From IMG/VR virus record IMGVR_UViG_3300006752_000020: DNA of 64,000 nt, one strand, 5' to 3'. Source of the stretch: an uncultured virus (IMG/VR IMGVR_UViG_3300006752_000020) (Duplodnaviria > Heunggongvirae > Uroviricota > Caudoviricetes). The translations under genes and the position numbers were made by a program. Shown here in pieces: positions 53,090 through 63,381 of the stretch (positions within the stretch are counted from its first letter, which is position 1; every line of letters starts with the position of its first letter). The notes beneath the pieces were generated by a model that had not been told where the DNA came from, ran no database searches, and saw nothing but the letters and a program-made list of their open reading frames with translations.

Positions 53090-54730
53090 TCAGTAAACTA
53101 CTTTAATATCCCCATTATTAGGAATCACTTCATATTTGCTACCCTTAACAGCGCGACCACCTTGACCACCAGCAGCGCCACCAAATGCAGGTTGACCCCA
53201 ATCACCACCGGATCCACCGGGTTGACCGGGTTGGCCACCTTGTCCAGGAGTACCAGCTCTTCCAGGGGTTCCAGGTTGACCGGGTTGACCAGGTTGACCG
53301 CTACCACCGGGTGTTCCACGACCACCACGACCACCAGGGGTTCCAGGAGTTCCAGGAGTACCAGCACCACATGATGCACCACCACCACGGCCACCAGGAG
53401 TTCCACTAGATCCAGGAGATCCACTACCACCAGGTTGACCGCCTCCGCCGCCACCACCTGATCCACCGGGACCGCCACCACCACCAGGGGTGCCAGGTTG
53501 TCCAGGAGTGCCAGGTTGTCCAGTGATATTGCCCGTCTTATAGTTCCAACCGCGACCGGGAGCACCTACCCCACGATAGCCGCCGCCACCGCCAGTTCCA
53601 TTGTATCCTGAAGGACCACCTGAACCACCGCCACCACCTGAACCACCGCCGCCGCCACCGCCGCCGGATCCACCGCCACCGCCTGATCCACCGCCACCAC
53701 CGGATCCACCGGAGCAATGATGCCGATGTCTCATACTGTTTCTTGCCTGAAATGTATTTCTGCTCTGATAACCTTGCCTCTCCTGTTTTGGTCCCCTTCT
53801 ACTACGGGGCCAACCACCATACCGTTTTCTTCTAGATCTTCTATCTCTGTTACTATTTCTATTTTGCTTACCGGATCTTTGCTGATACCCATGTCTCTGC
53901 TGACCGCCACTACCGGGTGATCCAGGACTACCATTTCCACCACGACCACCGGGTGATCCACTACCACCTGAACCACCGGGTGATCCAGGACTACCAGGAG
54001 ATCCAGAAGATGCACCGGATCCATTAGATCCAGGAGATCCGTTAGATCCAGTTTTGCCACCACCACCACCAGCATAAATGCGAGAGTCTGATCCTTCGCA
54101 TTCTACAAATACTTTACGAATTGCAGGAGCACCAGGATTAGATATTTCAATCGCATGACCGCCAGGTTGTCCCTGTGCATTTCCCCCGGCAGAATAAACA
54201 CCATATGATGGTGGTGCATTATTTACATAGATGTTTAGATTTGATGATGCATCATTAGCAACAACAGCAGGAGATGCAACACTGGTACTAACAATTCTAC
54301 CTTTTATCCTTAGATACTTTGATATATTTCTGTTAAGATTTCCATTCCATTGTGCATTGATACTAGGAGTTGATGGACTATTTAAATCAGTAACACTAAA
54401 GTTTTCTTCTTCAGAGTTAGCTGCCTGCTCAATTACATATTCATCAATAATACCTCTAAGATCTTGAGGTGTGATAGCTCCACTCGTACCAACACCTACA
54501 TTTTCAGTTGCATCCAACACATATGGTAGATGAGGAGAAGATGATGTGGCATATTTGCCTGTATTGAAATCATATGGTGCATCAAGATCTGTGACTCGAT
54601 GCATCTCAGATGCAGAAATTGAGGCGGAAGTATTACCTACTGCCGCCCTAACATCACCATAAGAAATCTGTGTTCCTGGTGTACCTGTGAGGAGTTGTTG
54701 AGTTTTTGTGCTCCAATCTCCGTAAGCCAT
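53090..54730 (-). CDS. glycine-rich tail-fibre tip/adhesin (T-even gp38-like) with Gly-X-Pro repeats
   Basis: IKGRIVSTSVASPAV, GVYSAGG..GQPGGHAIEISN, RIYAGGGGG, long GSP/GQP/GTP and GGSGG tracts, GGAAGGQGGRAV. Confidence 0.7.
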   Translation of the reverse strand: MAYGDWSTKTQQLLTGTPGTQISYGDVRAAVGNTSASISASEMHRVTDLDAPYDFNTGKYATSSSPHLPYVLDATENVGVGTSGAITPQDLRGIIDEYVIEQAANSEEENFSVTDLNSPSTPSINAQWNGNLNRNISKYLRIKGRIVSTSVASPAVVANDASSNLNIYVNNAPPSYGVYSAGGNAQGQPGGHAIEISNPGAPAIRKVFVECEGSDSRIYAGGGGGKTGSNGSPGSNGSGASSGSPGSPGSPGGSGGSGSPGGRGGNGSPGSPGSGGQQRHGYQQRSGKQNRNSNRDRRSRRKRYGGWPRSRRGPKQERQGYQSRNTFQARNSMRHRHHCSGGSGGGGGSGGGGGSGGGGGGGGSGGGGGSGGPSGYNGTGGGGGYRGVGAPGRGWNYKTGNITGQPGTPGQPGTPGGGGGPGGSGGGGGGGQPGGSGSPGSSGTPGGRGGGASCGAGTPGTPGTPGGRGGRGTPGGSGQPGQPGQPGTPGRAGTPGQGGQPGQPGGSGGDWGQPAFGGAAGGQGGRAVKGSKYEVIPNNGDIKVVY

Positions 54731-54740
54731 ATATCAATCC

Positions 54741-57467
54741 TTATGAAAGCGTGAATGTTACTGAACCAATACCCGCAACCGAGATATAAATTTTAGTCGG
54801 ATCTGATGCGTCCTGCTCAATATTTAGGGCTGAAGTTCCAGATGAAACATATGATCTGAAGATGCTAGCATCTGTTGCACTCGAACCTTGAGTGGTTGCA
54901 TATTGGTGCTTATTATATGCCTTGTTATAGGTCATATGTGCAGTACCAAAACCAACAGGAGTTACACCGAACTCAGCACCAGGTTGAACAGCATTGTCAA
55001 CATTAGCCAGGATTTTAGCAGAACGATCAGCATCGCTATCAACAATACCACCAATATATCCAATTTCTTGAATATATTCAATAGGATCGTGATACTCACT
55101 TAGAACTGTTTTAATACCAACTGCATCAGGACCATTACCTTGGAAAAATAGGTTGTTAACATCAGAATTAGCATCAAACCAAAGACATCCAGCTTTAGAT
55201 CCAACTGGTGTTCCATCATCTGTATTGCAGAGAATAAGACTACCAACAGATTGTGATATATCAATTGTCGAAGAAGGGGATAATGTATCGAATCCAACTC
55301 TAACAAAACTCCCGGTATCAGTACCACCAAGACCAGTATGATTACTGTAGAACTTGGCATTTTTATAAACTTCTACGGCATTAGAGTCATTTAGACTAAC
55401 CTTAGTACCGATACCAACACCACCCTCAAAGATTGATTCTCCACCAACAAATTCCTGAGATGCATTTCTTCTCAGTCCAACATAGAAATCAACATCATCT
55501 TGACGCTTACCTGATGTAGTACCAATACCAATACCACCATATCCAATTACAGCAATTTCAGCATTGTCATCCATGCTGATTCCTTCTTCTACTCTAATAC
55601 CACCAAGTGTAGTATTAAATCCAACCTTCTTAATTAGTAAGTTAGTGTTATTTCCGTCAGTAATGTCAAGGTCAGCAACAGATGTAACACCGACAGATCC
55701 AATCATGAACTGACAACTAACCGCTCCTCCTACAACAACACTTGTACCACTAATTTCTCCAGTACCACCATCTAACCGAATAGATCCAAATGTACTAATA
55801 CCACCACCATTATAAACAAATGTACTCTGAAGAGTCAAAGACTCTGCGAAAAGTGATGTTGTAGTAATAATACCACTCAAGTTAGCAAATACTGTACCAG
55901 ATGCAGAAACTTGTGTTGATAGATCCCCAAAGACTAAGGTATCTGTAAGAATTCTACATGTGCCACCAATATTGACTTGCTTGAATGTTGCAGAGTCTCC
56001 ACCAGTTTGAGTAATATCCCCGGTAATTGTTGTGTCATCAAGAGTTGCACTAGATCCTGGTACACAAGAGACAATGCCAAGTACAACTAACTCAGTAGCA
56101 GTAACATCAGAAATATTTACAGATCCGCCAAATGTACCACCGATTGAAAGATCACCACCAATAGTAACATCACCACCAAATGTACCATCTCCTGAGAAAT
56201 CAGCACCACCAATAACACCCAATCCCCTACCAAGTGCAGAGGATGTACTACCTACACCAACAAAATTGGATACGATTACCTCACCACCAAATGTAGATAT
56301 GCCAGTGTTTCTAATAAAGATGCTGTTAATTCCAAGAGAATCAATCTGATCAACACTAATATCAGGTACGCCAGTTAATCCTTGTGCCAAACCTGCGACA
56401 CCAGTAATATCACCGATAACATCGCCAATGAATCCACCAGCAGCGCCAACCGAACCGCTAAATGTACCTGTTCCGACCACATCGAGATCATAATCGGGGT
56501 CAACTCTAGATTTACCAACACCAATCTTACCTTCACTAGTAACAACTACACGAGGCTTATTCTTAATAGCATCTGGATCTAAATCATCTTGCCCCCAGAA
56601 CTCAACTTGTCCGATAGGGGTATTACCTACACCAGTTACGGCACCGTTGAAAAGAATTGCTTGTCTTGGAATAGCACCACTAGTTTCAATAAACCTAATG
56701 CCATGACGACTGTCTGCGTTAGATACAGTTCCAATGAAAGTAATACTATTCTCATCATTAGTGAATGTCAATCCACGATCAGTGCCAATCATGGCACCTG
56801 ATGCCATATTTAATCCACCAACAAATGAACCGATACCAGTCAGTTCAATATTACCACTACCACTGACAGTTTGAACGCCAACAATATCACCAACCAGGTT
56901 GATGTTACCTTGCTGTGCATTACCAGTAAGTGTAATATTTTTTGCACTCAGTCCTTCAAATGTACCAACACCACTAATAGCATCAACTCCAACAAGATCA
57001 CCAACAGCAAAAGATGCCTGTGGGAATGTTACAGATACACCAACAGGTCTAAATGCATATATTGTTGATCCTACTCCAGGTGTATCATTATCCCATACAG
57101 ATGTTGGAAGGTTGGTTAATTGAGATCCATCACCCTCAAACTTGACAGCTCTTACTGTACCCCCAGTGGATATAGTAACACCCGTTGTTCCTACACCAAC
57201 TTGAAATACTGCTTCAGGTACTGTTGTTCCAATTCCAACTGAATATCCTACAGCAACATTAACATTGCCATAATGTGTTTGATATCCAATTACATTGACA
57301 TCTCTAAAGTTAGCTTGATTTTCTACAATCAAGTTACCCCGAATATCAAGTTCCTCTCTAGGAATAGTCGTGCCGATTCCGACTAGACCATTACTAGAGA
57401 TTAGATCATCTGCATCAACCTGAATGCCATCTCTAAAGTTGATGATTGTCTTGTAATTATTAGGCAT
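54741..57467 (-). CDS. tail fibre protein
   Basis: MPNNYKTIINFRDGIQVD, repeated VGIGTT.P motifs, FEGDGSQLTNLP. Confidence 0.8.
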   Translation of the reverse strand: MPNNYKTIINFRDGIQVDADDLISSNGLVGIGTTIPREELDIRGNLIVENQANFRDVNVIGYQTHYGNVNVAVGYSVGIGTTVPEAVFQVGVGTTGVTISTGGTVRAVKFEGDGSQLTNLPTSVWDNDTPGVGSTIYAFRPVGVSVTFPQASFAVGDLVGVDAISGVGTFEGLSAKNITLTGNAQQGNINLVGDIVGVQTVSGSGNIELTGIGSFVGGLNMASGAMIGTDRGLTFTNDENSITFIGTVSNADSRHGIRFIETSGAIPRQAILFNGAVTGVGNTPIGQVEFWGQDDLDPDAIKNKPRVVVTSEGKIGVGKSRVDPDYDLDVVGTGTFSGSVGAAGGFIGDVIGDITGVAGLAQGLTGVPDISVDQIDSLGINSIFIRNTGISTFGGEVIVSNFVGVGSTSSALGRGLGVIGGADFSGDGTFGGDVTIGGDLSIGGTFGGSVNISDVTATELVVLGIVSCVPGSSATLDDTTITGDITQTGGDSATFKQVNIGGTCRILTDTLVFGDLSTQVSASGTVFANLSGIITTTSLFAESLTLQSTFVYNGGGISTFGSIRLDGGTGEISGTSVVVGGAVSCQFMIGSVGVTSVADLDITDGNNTNLLIKKVGFNTTLGGIRVEEGISMDDNAEIAVIGYGGIGIGTTSGKRQDDVDFYVGLRRNASQEFVGGESIFEGGVGIGTKVSLNDSNAVEVYKNAKFYSNHTGLGGTDTGSFVRVGFDTLSPSSTIDISQSVGSLILCNTDDGTPVGSKAGCLWFDANSDVNNLFFQGNGPDAVGIKTVLSEYHDPIEYIQEIGYIGGIVDSDADRSAKILANVDNAVQPGAEFGVTPVGFGTAHMTYNKAYNKHQYATTQGSSATDASIFRSYVSSGTSALNIEQDASDPTKIYISVAGIGSVTFTLS

Positions 57468-57494
57468 TATCTTTTAGTGGCAAGACCTTTTTAC

Positions 57495-60400
57495 TTATTT
57501 ATCCTTTAGTTCATCAACCTGTGAACTCAGGTCTTTGACTGCTTCAATAAGGAGAGGAATTAGTTTGTTATAGTGGACACCTTTAGTGCCATCAGGTTTG
57601 GTAGATACTGCCTCAGGGAGAACTTTTTCTACATCTTGAGCGATAACGCCAACATCGTGACCTGTATAGCTCTTGTTACCTTCCTTCCAATCGTATTCAG
57701 TACCACGAATCTGCATAACCTTAGCGAGAGGATTATCAAGTGTGGAAACATTTTCCTTCATAGCAAGGTCAGATGTCTGACCATAGAAAGCAACAATGTC
57801 ATCACATACATGGAGTGGACCACCACAATATGTAAATCCTGCACCACTCATGAATACATCACCAGAGAATGTGGTGAAACCATTGAAGTTAACCTGCTTC
57901 TCAAATGTTACAGATGCTGTGTACCTAGTATCAGTTGCGATAGCAACAGCGAATCCAGTTGCAGCATTAAGAACAAGATCACCAGATCCAGCAACTGTTC
58001 TAATTTCTGTCTGTTGAGTACCAACACCAACCAGAACATTGTTTAACTTAGCACCATTCGGGAAGTTTCCAACAATTTCAAGACTTCCACCAAGTTCAAC
58101 AGTACCACTAGTAATTAAGTCATCAGTGAAGTTAACATCGTTGGAGAATGTGACAGGACCATCAAACTGAGATAGGATATTCTGTTGAGGACCACCTTCA
58201 ACAATGATTCTTTGTCTAACAATAACTTCATCAAATACAACAGAGTTACTAGATGCAGATTCACCTGTTACAGTAGGAATAGGAATACCGAAGGATGATT
58301 CTTCACCACTAGAAGAAGAGATTCTCTTGTTACCAATGTAGAAGTCACCTTCATTATTCAGACCAGTATATACAATTGCACCTGCTGATCTTTCTTGTGC
58401 CTGTGACAAATACTCTTCATCATCAGTCAGTGTTCTGTTCTGTACTTGGGGAAGACCTGTTGAATAGTTACCAGGACCATATCCAAGATATTCAAATGTG
58501 TATCCAGATGCACGAAGAATCGATGGACGACGCATTTCAATAGCTAAAGGATCGACTTTTCTGATCAATGATCCTACATAATGTTCTGCCGGTAGTGTAC
58601 CAAGCGCACCTCGAATAACACGAAGACCATCATTACCACCACCAATCAAACCTTTTTCAGATACTCTCATGATCTCAGCATCAACCTCAACATAATCACC
58701 AAGTTGGAATCTTAAATCAGTACCAATACCAGCATTGGGAAGTTGTAGTCTAAGTGTTGTTGATGTTGCATCTAGTGCATCTTTAGCAGTTGCATGCTCG
58801 CCACCATATAGATTGGTATATCTCGATCCAATAGCTTCACTAAGTGGAACTGTCTGATTATTACCATTGAATGCAGTTTTATACAGTCTATATCCAGCAC
58901 TATAATTGATATCATTTACTGTTGTAGTAGTAAATGTGTTAATACCTGCAACTGTATTAACCGTAAATTCTCCAAGATTGTTGCTACTAGCATCTACAAT
59001 CTTGAATCTAGATCCTTTACGGAGTCCGTGAGGATAAGATGTTGTGACAGTTGTCAATCCTAATGTGCTATCAAAATGAGTTGATGCTAGAGAGACAGAA
59101 GGTGTAACTCTGTAAGCATATTGACCTTCAATAACAATAGGATCGCCAGATGTTACTGCAATAGCAATACTATTCTTATCTGGTACACTAGTAATTCGGA
59201 ATAATCCATCACTAGTTGTGCCAATACCAGTAATTGATACTACATCACCAATACATGATGAAATACCAGAAGTGGGAACACCAATAGAAGATCCGGGATA
59301 ATTCTCAATTGTTAATGTTTCTCCACCAGAGAAACCAGAACCAGGAGCAAATACTTCAAATCCAGTAATGGTAGTAGAACCAACACCTACAGTAACTGTA
59401 GCTGTGGCACCATTCCAAACACTACCATTTAGTAGTCTTATATTATGTTGTGTAGTTACAGCATATCCCGTAGAAGATACCAAATTCTCGTGAATCTTAA
59501 GTCCACCTAAATCATGTTGGTTTTCAAAGGTAACTGTACAGACACCAGCAGAAATACCAGTAACACTGGATACTGCATAACCAACATTAAATGTAGTTAA
59601 GAACTTATCAACAGTTTCTCTGGTCAAAGAGTTCTTAAGATCATTTACATCAACTTTACCCAAAGGTGAGCGTCTTGCAAATGATTTTGCAGCTGGTGGG
59701 TTAATTAGAACATTATCTCTATCCTGTTGTGGATAGTAAAAAGTAACATTCTGCTCATATTTCTTAGGAGTAAACTCCTGAGGTGGTGAATAGTCAGCAG
59801 AAAGAAGTTCTAAGATGTAAACACCATCCTCCTGTCCAGCGAGATATTTTTCAACAACGGTACTACGATATACTGAGAAGTTTTTCTTATTATTGTTAAT
59901 TGCAAATCTAGGCAGGAATAAATTTCTGCTGTTGACAGTAGAGACAAAATTACCAGTGTTTCTTTCTACACCACCATTGTCAGTATTGCCATAATTAAAT
60001 TGATATGCATCAATTAATCCACTAACAGTAAAATATCCATTGTATCCTTTGTTAGCAAGTCCACCAGTATTATTAGAGTCTTGAACATTCTCTACGAAGA
60101 TGATATCTCCAACCTCAACCATGTGAGGTAATTCAGTTCTAACAGTAACAACAGATCCTGTTTCACTGATATCAGCAATAAACTGATGATTTCTCTTAAA
60201 GTTGTTATCGTCAAGAGAAATTGTAGTTGATGACGGATCACTAGTCTTAGCAAATCCAGTGAGGCTAGAGTTTTGGATGATGAAACCATTTACAGGGTCT
60301 CTAGAGTTTCCTGCCTCTTTAGGAATAACATATCTTACCTTATACAACTTATCTTCAATACTTCTCTTATCTTCAAATCTTCTGATGAAACCAATGTTAG

Positions 60401-62729
60401 TTCCAGCTCCAGCGTCTAAATTGATATTTGTTTGAATCTGAGGATAGATTGTATTACCATCCTCTACATGCAAGAACCATTGTTCCTGGTTAATATCCCA
60501 TTGAATTGGATGACCAATATCACCAGTTTGCTTATCAGATACTGTACTTTGAACTCTTAATGATGAACCACCAAATAATTCAATGGGGATACCATTAATA
60601 GCATTGGAGAATGTAGTTGCTACTTTTAGTTCGGTTGGAGAATCTACGATAGCATAATATATTCTATTAAATTGAAGACCTTCTGGGAGATCACCATCAT
60701 CACTGAAGATTCTAATCTTCTCACCTGTTACCAAACCAATAGCAGTATTGGTCATTGCAAACTGACTATTTGGAACAGTTAGACTGCTATTTTTAGACCC
60801 AGTTTGATCACCAAGGATTGCTGTCGCAACACCAGACAGAACATTCTCTGACATACGAACATCAGCATTATATTCTGTACCACCAATAGAGACATATAAT
60901 TTTTCTGTATTATTGGCACCAATTCTAAAACCCTGAGAGAGTGATAGAGGTGGTTCATCCTGACGATCAAACCCGAAGATATACAGGTGACTGGATAAAC
61001 CAACATTTTTGGTCTTACTTACATCTAACTGGTAGAAACTTACAGTATCAATTTTAGATGCTGATGTATCTACATGCTGAGGTGTGGTGATATGTGTAAT
61101 ATATCCTTGATCATCTCTTGGGAATGCTGCATCTCTAAATCCATCTGCTAATAGAGCAAATTGACCAAAGTTAGAGTTTGAGTTAGTAATAGATGCGTCA
61201 GCACCACTTTCACCAACAAAGTGAGCATTGTAACCAATAGCAAAAACAGAAACGACTTGAACAACAGCGTTTTCTGAGATCTTGATATGAGATTGTTCCC
61301 ATCCTTGTCTATAAACTGCACCAGAGTCTAGGTGATAAACAGTGGTGGCATCAGTAGATGAAGATTCTGCTGAAAGCGTAGATCCAGATACTTTTTGATA
61401 TGCAATACCTTCGTAGAGTCTAGATTGTGAGTTGTACTTAACAAATGCACGGTCATCTTTTTGTAGACTAATTCCAGTGAATTGAGCCACAACCATTGAA
61501 CGGAAACCAGTAGCTTTACTACCATCCGTATGCATCCCATTCATGCCAAAGACAGAACGCAATGAGATATTAAAGATATATGGAGATGCGCCAGTTACCG
61601 TATCAGATTCAATAGTAACAACAGCACTTGTAATGTTAGAAGGTGTTGCTGGTAAATTATTTGGAAAGGTTGCAAGGCTATATGTAAATGTAGTAGCATC
61701 TACAATAGATTGAACAATTGTTGAGATATTGTATTGTGATACATTTACACCACTAATCTTAATAGGAGTACCGGCACTTAATCCGTGCTCCAGTTGTGTC
61801 GTAACAGTGATCTGAGATGTAGGACTTAAACCATCACCAGAGATGATACTTGCAATCTCTAGAGGGTCAGTACCAAGAGCACCAACGATCTCATTTTCTT
61901 GACGAACTGCTTCAAAGTCACCTTGATTTTCAGGCCATTCGTATGAAATAGCACGACCAGATGCTTCTTGGAAAGCATATGTCAGCTTGTAATAATACAT
62001 GCTGAGGTCAGTGATACCATAACCTTTGACATCATTCTTACCATCAGCATACTCAAAACAAGTAAGTTTGTGGTGAGAAAATGCTGGAAATGATCTATTG
62101 TCGTCATTAAATTGCTGGTGATCAGTAAATACTAATCGATCACCCACTCCATCGAAGAAAGAGAATTGCCAGAAGTAACAGTTACCAGTAATTCTGAAAA
62201 TACTACTTGCAGGAACATCATCATCTGTAGGATTAGGTACATACAGAGGACGAAGTTTAGTCTTTCTAAGATCAAGTCCAACAACGGAAGTACCACGAGG
62301 TACAATTACACCACCGTTGACGGAGTTGAATCTATATAATTGATTGTTTTCTACGGTTAGATCAAATTCACTTGTCAATGACAAAGAAAATTCAGTTGTG
62401 CCTAATGTTTCTGCACCGATTGGAGATACGCCAACCGCCCTAGTCGGATCACTGGGATCTTTTTTAATAGCAAAACCAGGACGATTGTCGATGAAGTGAT
62501 CACCGGGAAACAAGAGAATAGTTGTCTTGTCAGTAATATCGTTATCGAATCCAGTTTGATACGAGAATCGTGCAGATTCTAATAATGCTCGCTGAATAGT
62601 TTTGAAGGGTTTTGTTAAGGAGTTACCCTGGTTCGTGATACTATCAGTGGCATCAAGATCGTTAGGGTTAACATAAAGAATTTTACCTTCAGTATTCTTG
62701 ATGAAATTCTCTAGCTTATTAAGTGGCAT
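57495..62729 (-). CDS. tail fibre/spike protein with C-terminal peptidase S74 intramolecular chaperone
   Basis: ILYVNPNDLDATD..PFKTIQRAL; C-terminal SDLAMKENV..YDWK..HDVGVIAQDVEKVLPEAV..VHYNKLIPLLIEAVKDL. Confidence 0.88.
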   Translation of the reverse strand: MPLNKLENFIKNTEGKILYVNPNDLDATDSITNQGNSLTKPFKTIQRALLESARFSYQTGFDNDITDKTTILLFPGDHFIDNRPGFAIKKDPSDPTRAVGVSPIGAETLGTTEFSLSLTSEFDLTVENNQLYRFNSVNGGVIVPRGTSVVGLDLRKTKLRPLYVPNPTDDDVPASSIFRITGNCYFWQFSFFDGVGDRLVFTDHQQFNDDNRSFPAFSHHKLTCFEYADGKNDVKGYGITDLSMYYYKLTYAFQEASGRAISYEWPENQGDFEAVRQENEIVGALGTDPLEIASIISGDGLSPTSQITVTTQLEHGLSAGTPIKISGVNVSQYNISTIVQSIVDATTFTYSLATFPNNLPATPSNITSAVVTIESDTVTGASPYIFNISLRSVFGMNGMHTDGSKATGFRSMVVAQFTGISLQKDDRAFVKYNSQSRLYEGIAYQKVSGSTLSAESSSTDATTVYHLDSGAVYRQGWEQSHIKISENAVVQVVSVFAIGYNAHFVGESGADASITNSNSNFGQFALLADGFRDAAFPRDDQGYITHITTPQHVDTSASKIDTVSFYQLDVSKTKNVGLSSHLYIFGFDRQDEPPLSLSQGFRIGANNTEKLYVSIGGTEYNADVRMSENVLSGVATAILGDQTGSKNSSLTVPNSQFAMTNTAIGLVTGEKIRIFSDDGDLPEGLQFNRIYYAIVDSPTELKVATTFSNAINGIPIELFGGSSLRVQSTVSDKQTGDIGHPIQWDINQEQWFLHVEDGNTIYPQIQTNINLDAGAGTNIGFIRRFEDKRSIEDKLYKVRYVIPKEAGNSRDPVNGFIIQNSSLTGFAKTSDPSSTTISLDDNNFKRNHQFIADISETGSVVTVRTELPHMVEVGDIIFVENVQDSNNTGGLANKGYNGYFTVSGLIDAYQFNYGNTDNGGVERNTGNFVSTVNSRNLFLPRFAINNNKKNFSVYRSTVVEKYLAGQEDGVYILELLSADYSPPQEFTPKKYEQNVTFYYPQQDRDNVLINPPAAKSFARRSPLGKVDVNDLKNSLTRETVDKFLTTFNVGYAVSSVTGISAGVCTVTFENQHDLGGLKIHENLVSSTGYAVTTQHNIRLLNGSVWNGATATVTVGVGSTTITGFEVFAPGSGFSGGETLTIENYPGSSIGVPTSGISSCIGDVVSITGIGTTSDGLFRITSVPDKNSIAIAVTSGDPIVIEGQYAYRVTPSVSLASTHFDSTLGLTTVTTSYPHGLRKGSRFKIVDASSNNLGEFTVNTVAGINTFTTTTVNDINYSAGYRLYKTAFNGNNQTVPLSEAIGSRYTNLYGGEHATAKDALDATSTTLRLQLPNAGIGTDLRFQLGDYVEVDAEIMRVSEKGLIGGGNDGLRVIRGALGTLPAEHYVGSLIRKVDPLAIEMRRPSILRASGYTFEYLGYGPGNYSTGLPQVQNRTLTDDEEYLSQAQERSAGAIVYTGLNNEGDFYIGNKRISSSSGEESSFGIPIPTVTGESASSNSVVFDEVIVRQRIIVEGGPQQNILSQFDGPVTFSNDVNFTDDLITSGTVELGGSLEIVGNFPNGAKLNNVLVGVGTQQTEIRTVAGSGDLVLNAATGFAVAIATDTRYTASVTFEKQVNFNGFTTFSGDVFMSGAGFTYCGGPLHVCDDIVAFYGQTSDLAMKENVSTLDNPLAKVMQIRGTEYDWKEGNKSYTGHDVGVIAQDVEKVLPEAVSTKPDGTKGVHYNKLIPLLIEAVKDLSSQVDELKDK
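57496..57503 (-). promoter_or_regulatory. late promoter-like motif GATAAATA
   Basis: tatttatc on + strand, 29 nt upstream of the ATG at 57467. Confidence 0.55.
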
Positions 62730-62761
62730 CTCTCTTCAGACTGAGAACTGTGTGCTCTGAC

Positions 62762-62776
62762 TATTTAGACTAAATA
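62762..62776. promoter_or_regulatory. divergent back-to-back late promoter motifs
   Basis: tatttag-a-ctaaata, i.e. CTAAATA on both strands, between divergent genes. Confidence 0.72.
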
Positions 62777-62802
62777 AGCAGTGATCTCTGCGGCTAATTT
62801 TC

Positions 62803-63381
62803 ATGTCTGATATTAGACCGATTAAATGGGTAGCAATTGGCACGGGCACATTGTTTGCTATAGCGCACATTGGTGTTCTTGGACATTTAATCAATACAAC
62901 AAAAACGCCAGAAGTTCCAATTATTAATTTACCCAGAGGAGATTATTCTTCTTACAAAATTGAAGCAAGTAAAGACGGATATAGTATAGAGTATAAAGCG
63001 AACGATCCTGCTGTTCTTAATTCTGAAAGATCTCTTGACTTAGATAAAAATAAGAATGGATTCTTTGGTGGTAATAGTAATGAAAGGAGAACTGAATATC
63101 GCCGTGATGAATACACAATGGACGGCACTCGTAACTTAGGAGGTGCTGGATTAGACAGCGAGGGAAAGTCTGCAAAAGAAGTAGAGTGTTTGATCGCGGA
63201 CGCTGGAGCACGATCACAAGGTGCAATGGCAGGAACTAGCATTGCTGCCGGTATTGGTGTTCCTGCTGTGATTGGTATTCCATATGTTGGATGGTTAGCA
63301 GCTGGATGGATTTCACTTTTGGGTGGTAAGATTGGATCCGAGGCAGGATCTACAGTTGGATCCGTATTTAATGATTGCTGA
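62803..63381 (+). CDS. membrane protein with C-terminal glycine-zipper-like helices
   Basis: N-terminal TM; GAMAGTSIAAGIG...IPYVGWLAAGW..LGGKIGSEAG. Confidence 0.8.
   Translation: MSDIRPIKWVAIGTGTLFAIAHIGVLGHLINTTKTPEVPIINLPRGDYSSYKIEASKDGYSIEYKANDPAVLNSERSLDLDKNKNGFFGGNSNERRTEYRRDEYTMDGTRNLGGAGLDSEGKSAKEVECLIADAGARSQGAMAGTSIAAGIGVPAVIGIPYVGWLAAGWISLLGGKIGSEAGSTVGSVFNDC

Noticed and set aside
53125..54075. Alternative-frame Val-rich and His/Thr-rich ORFs in the Gly-rich gene
   Set aside because: By-products of GGT/CCT codon repeats that lack stop codons in other frames
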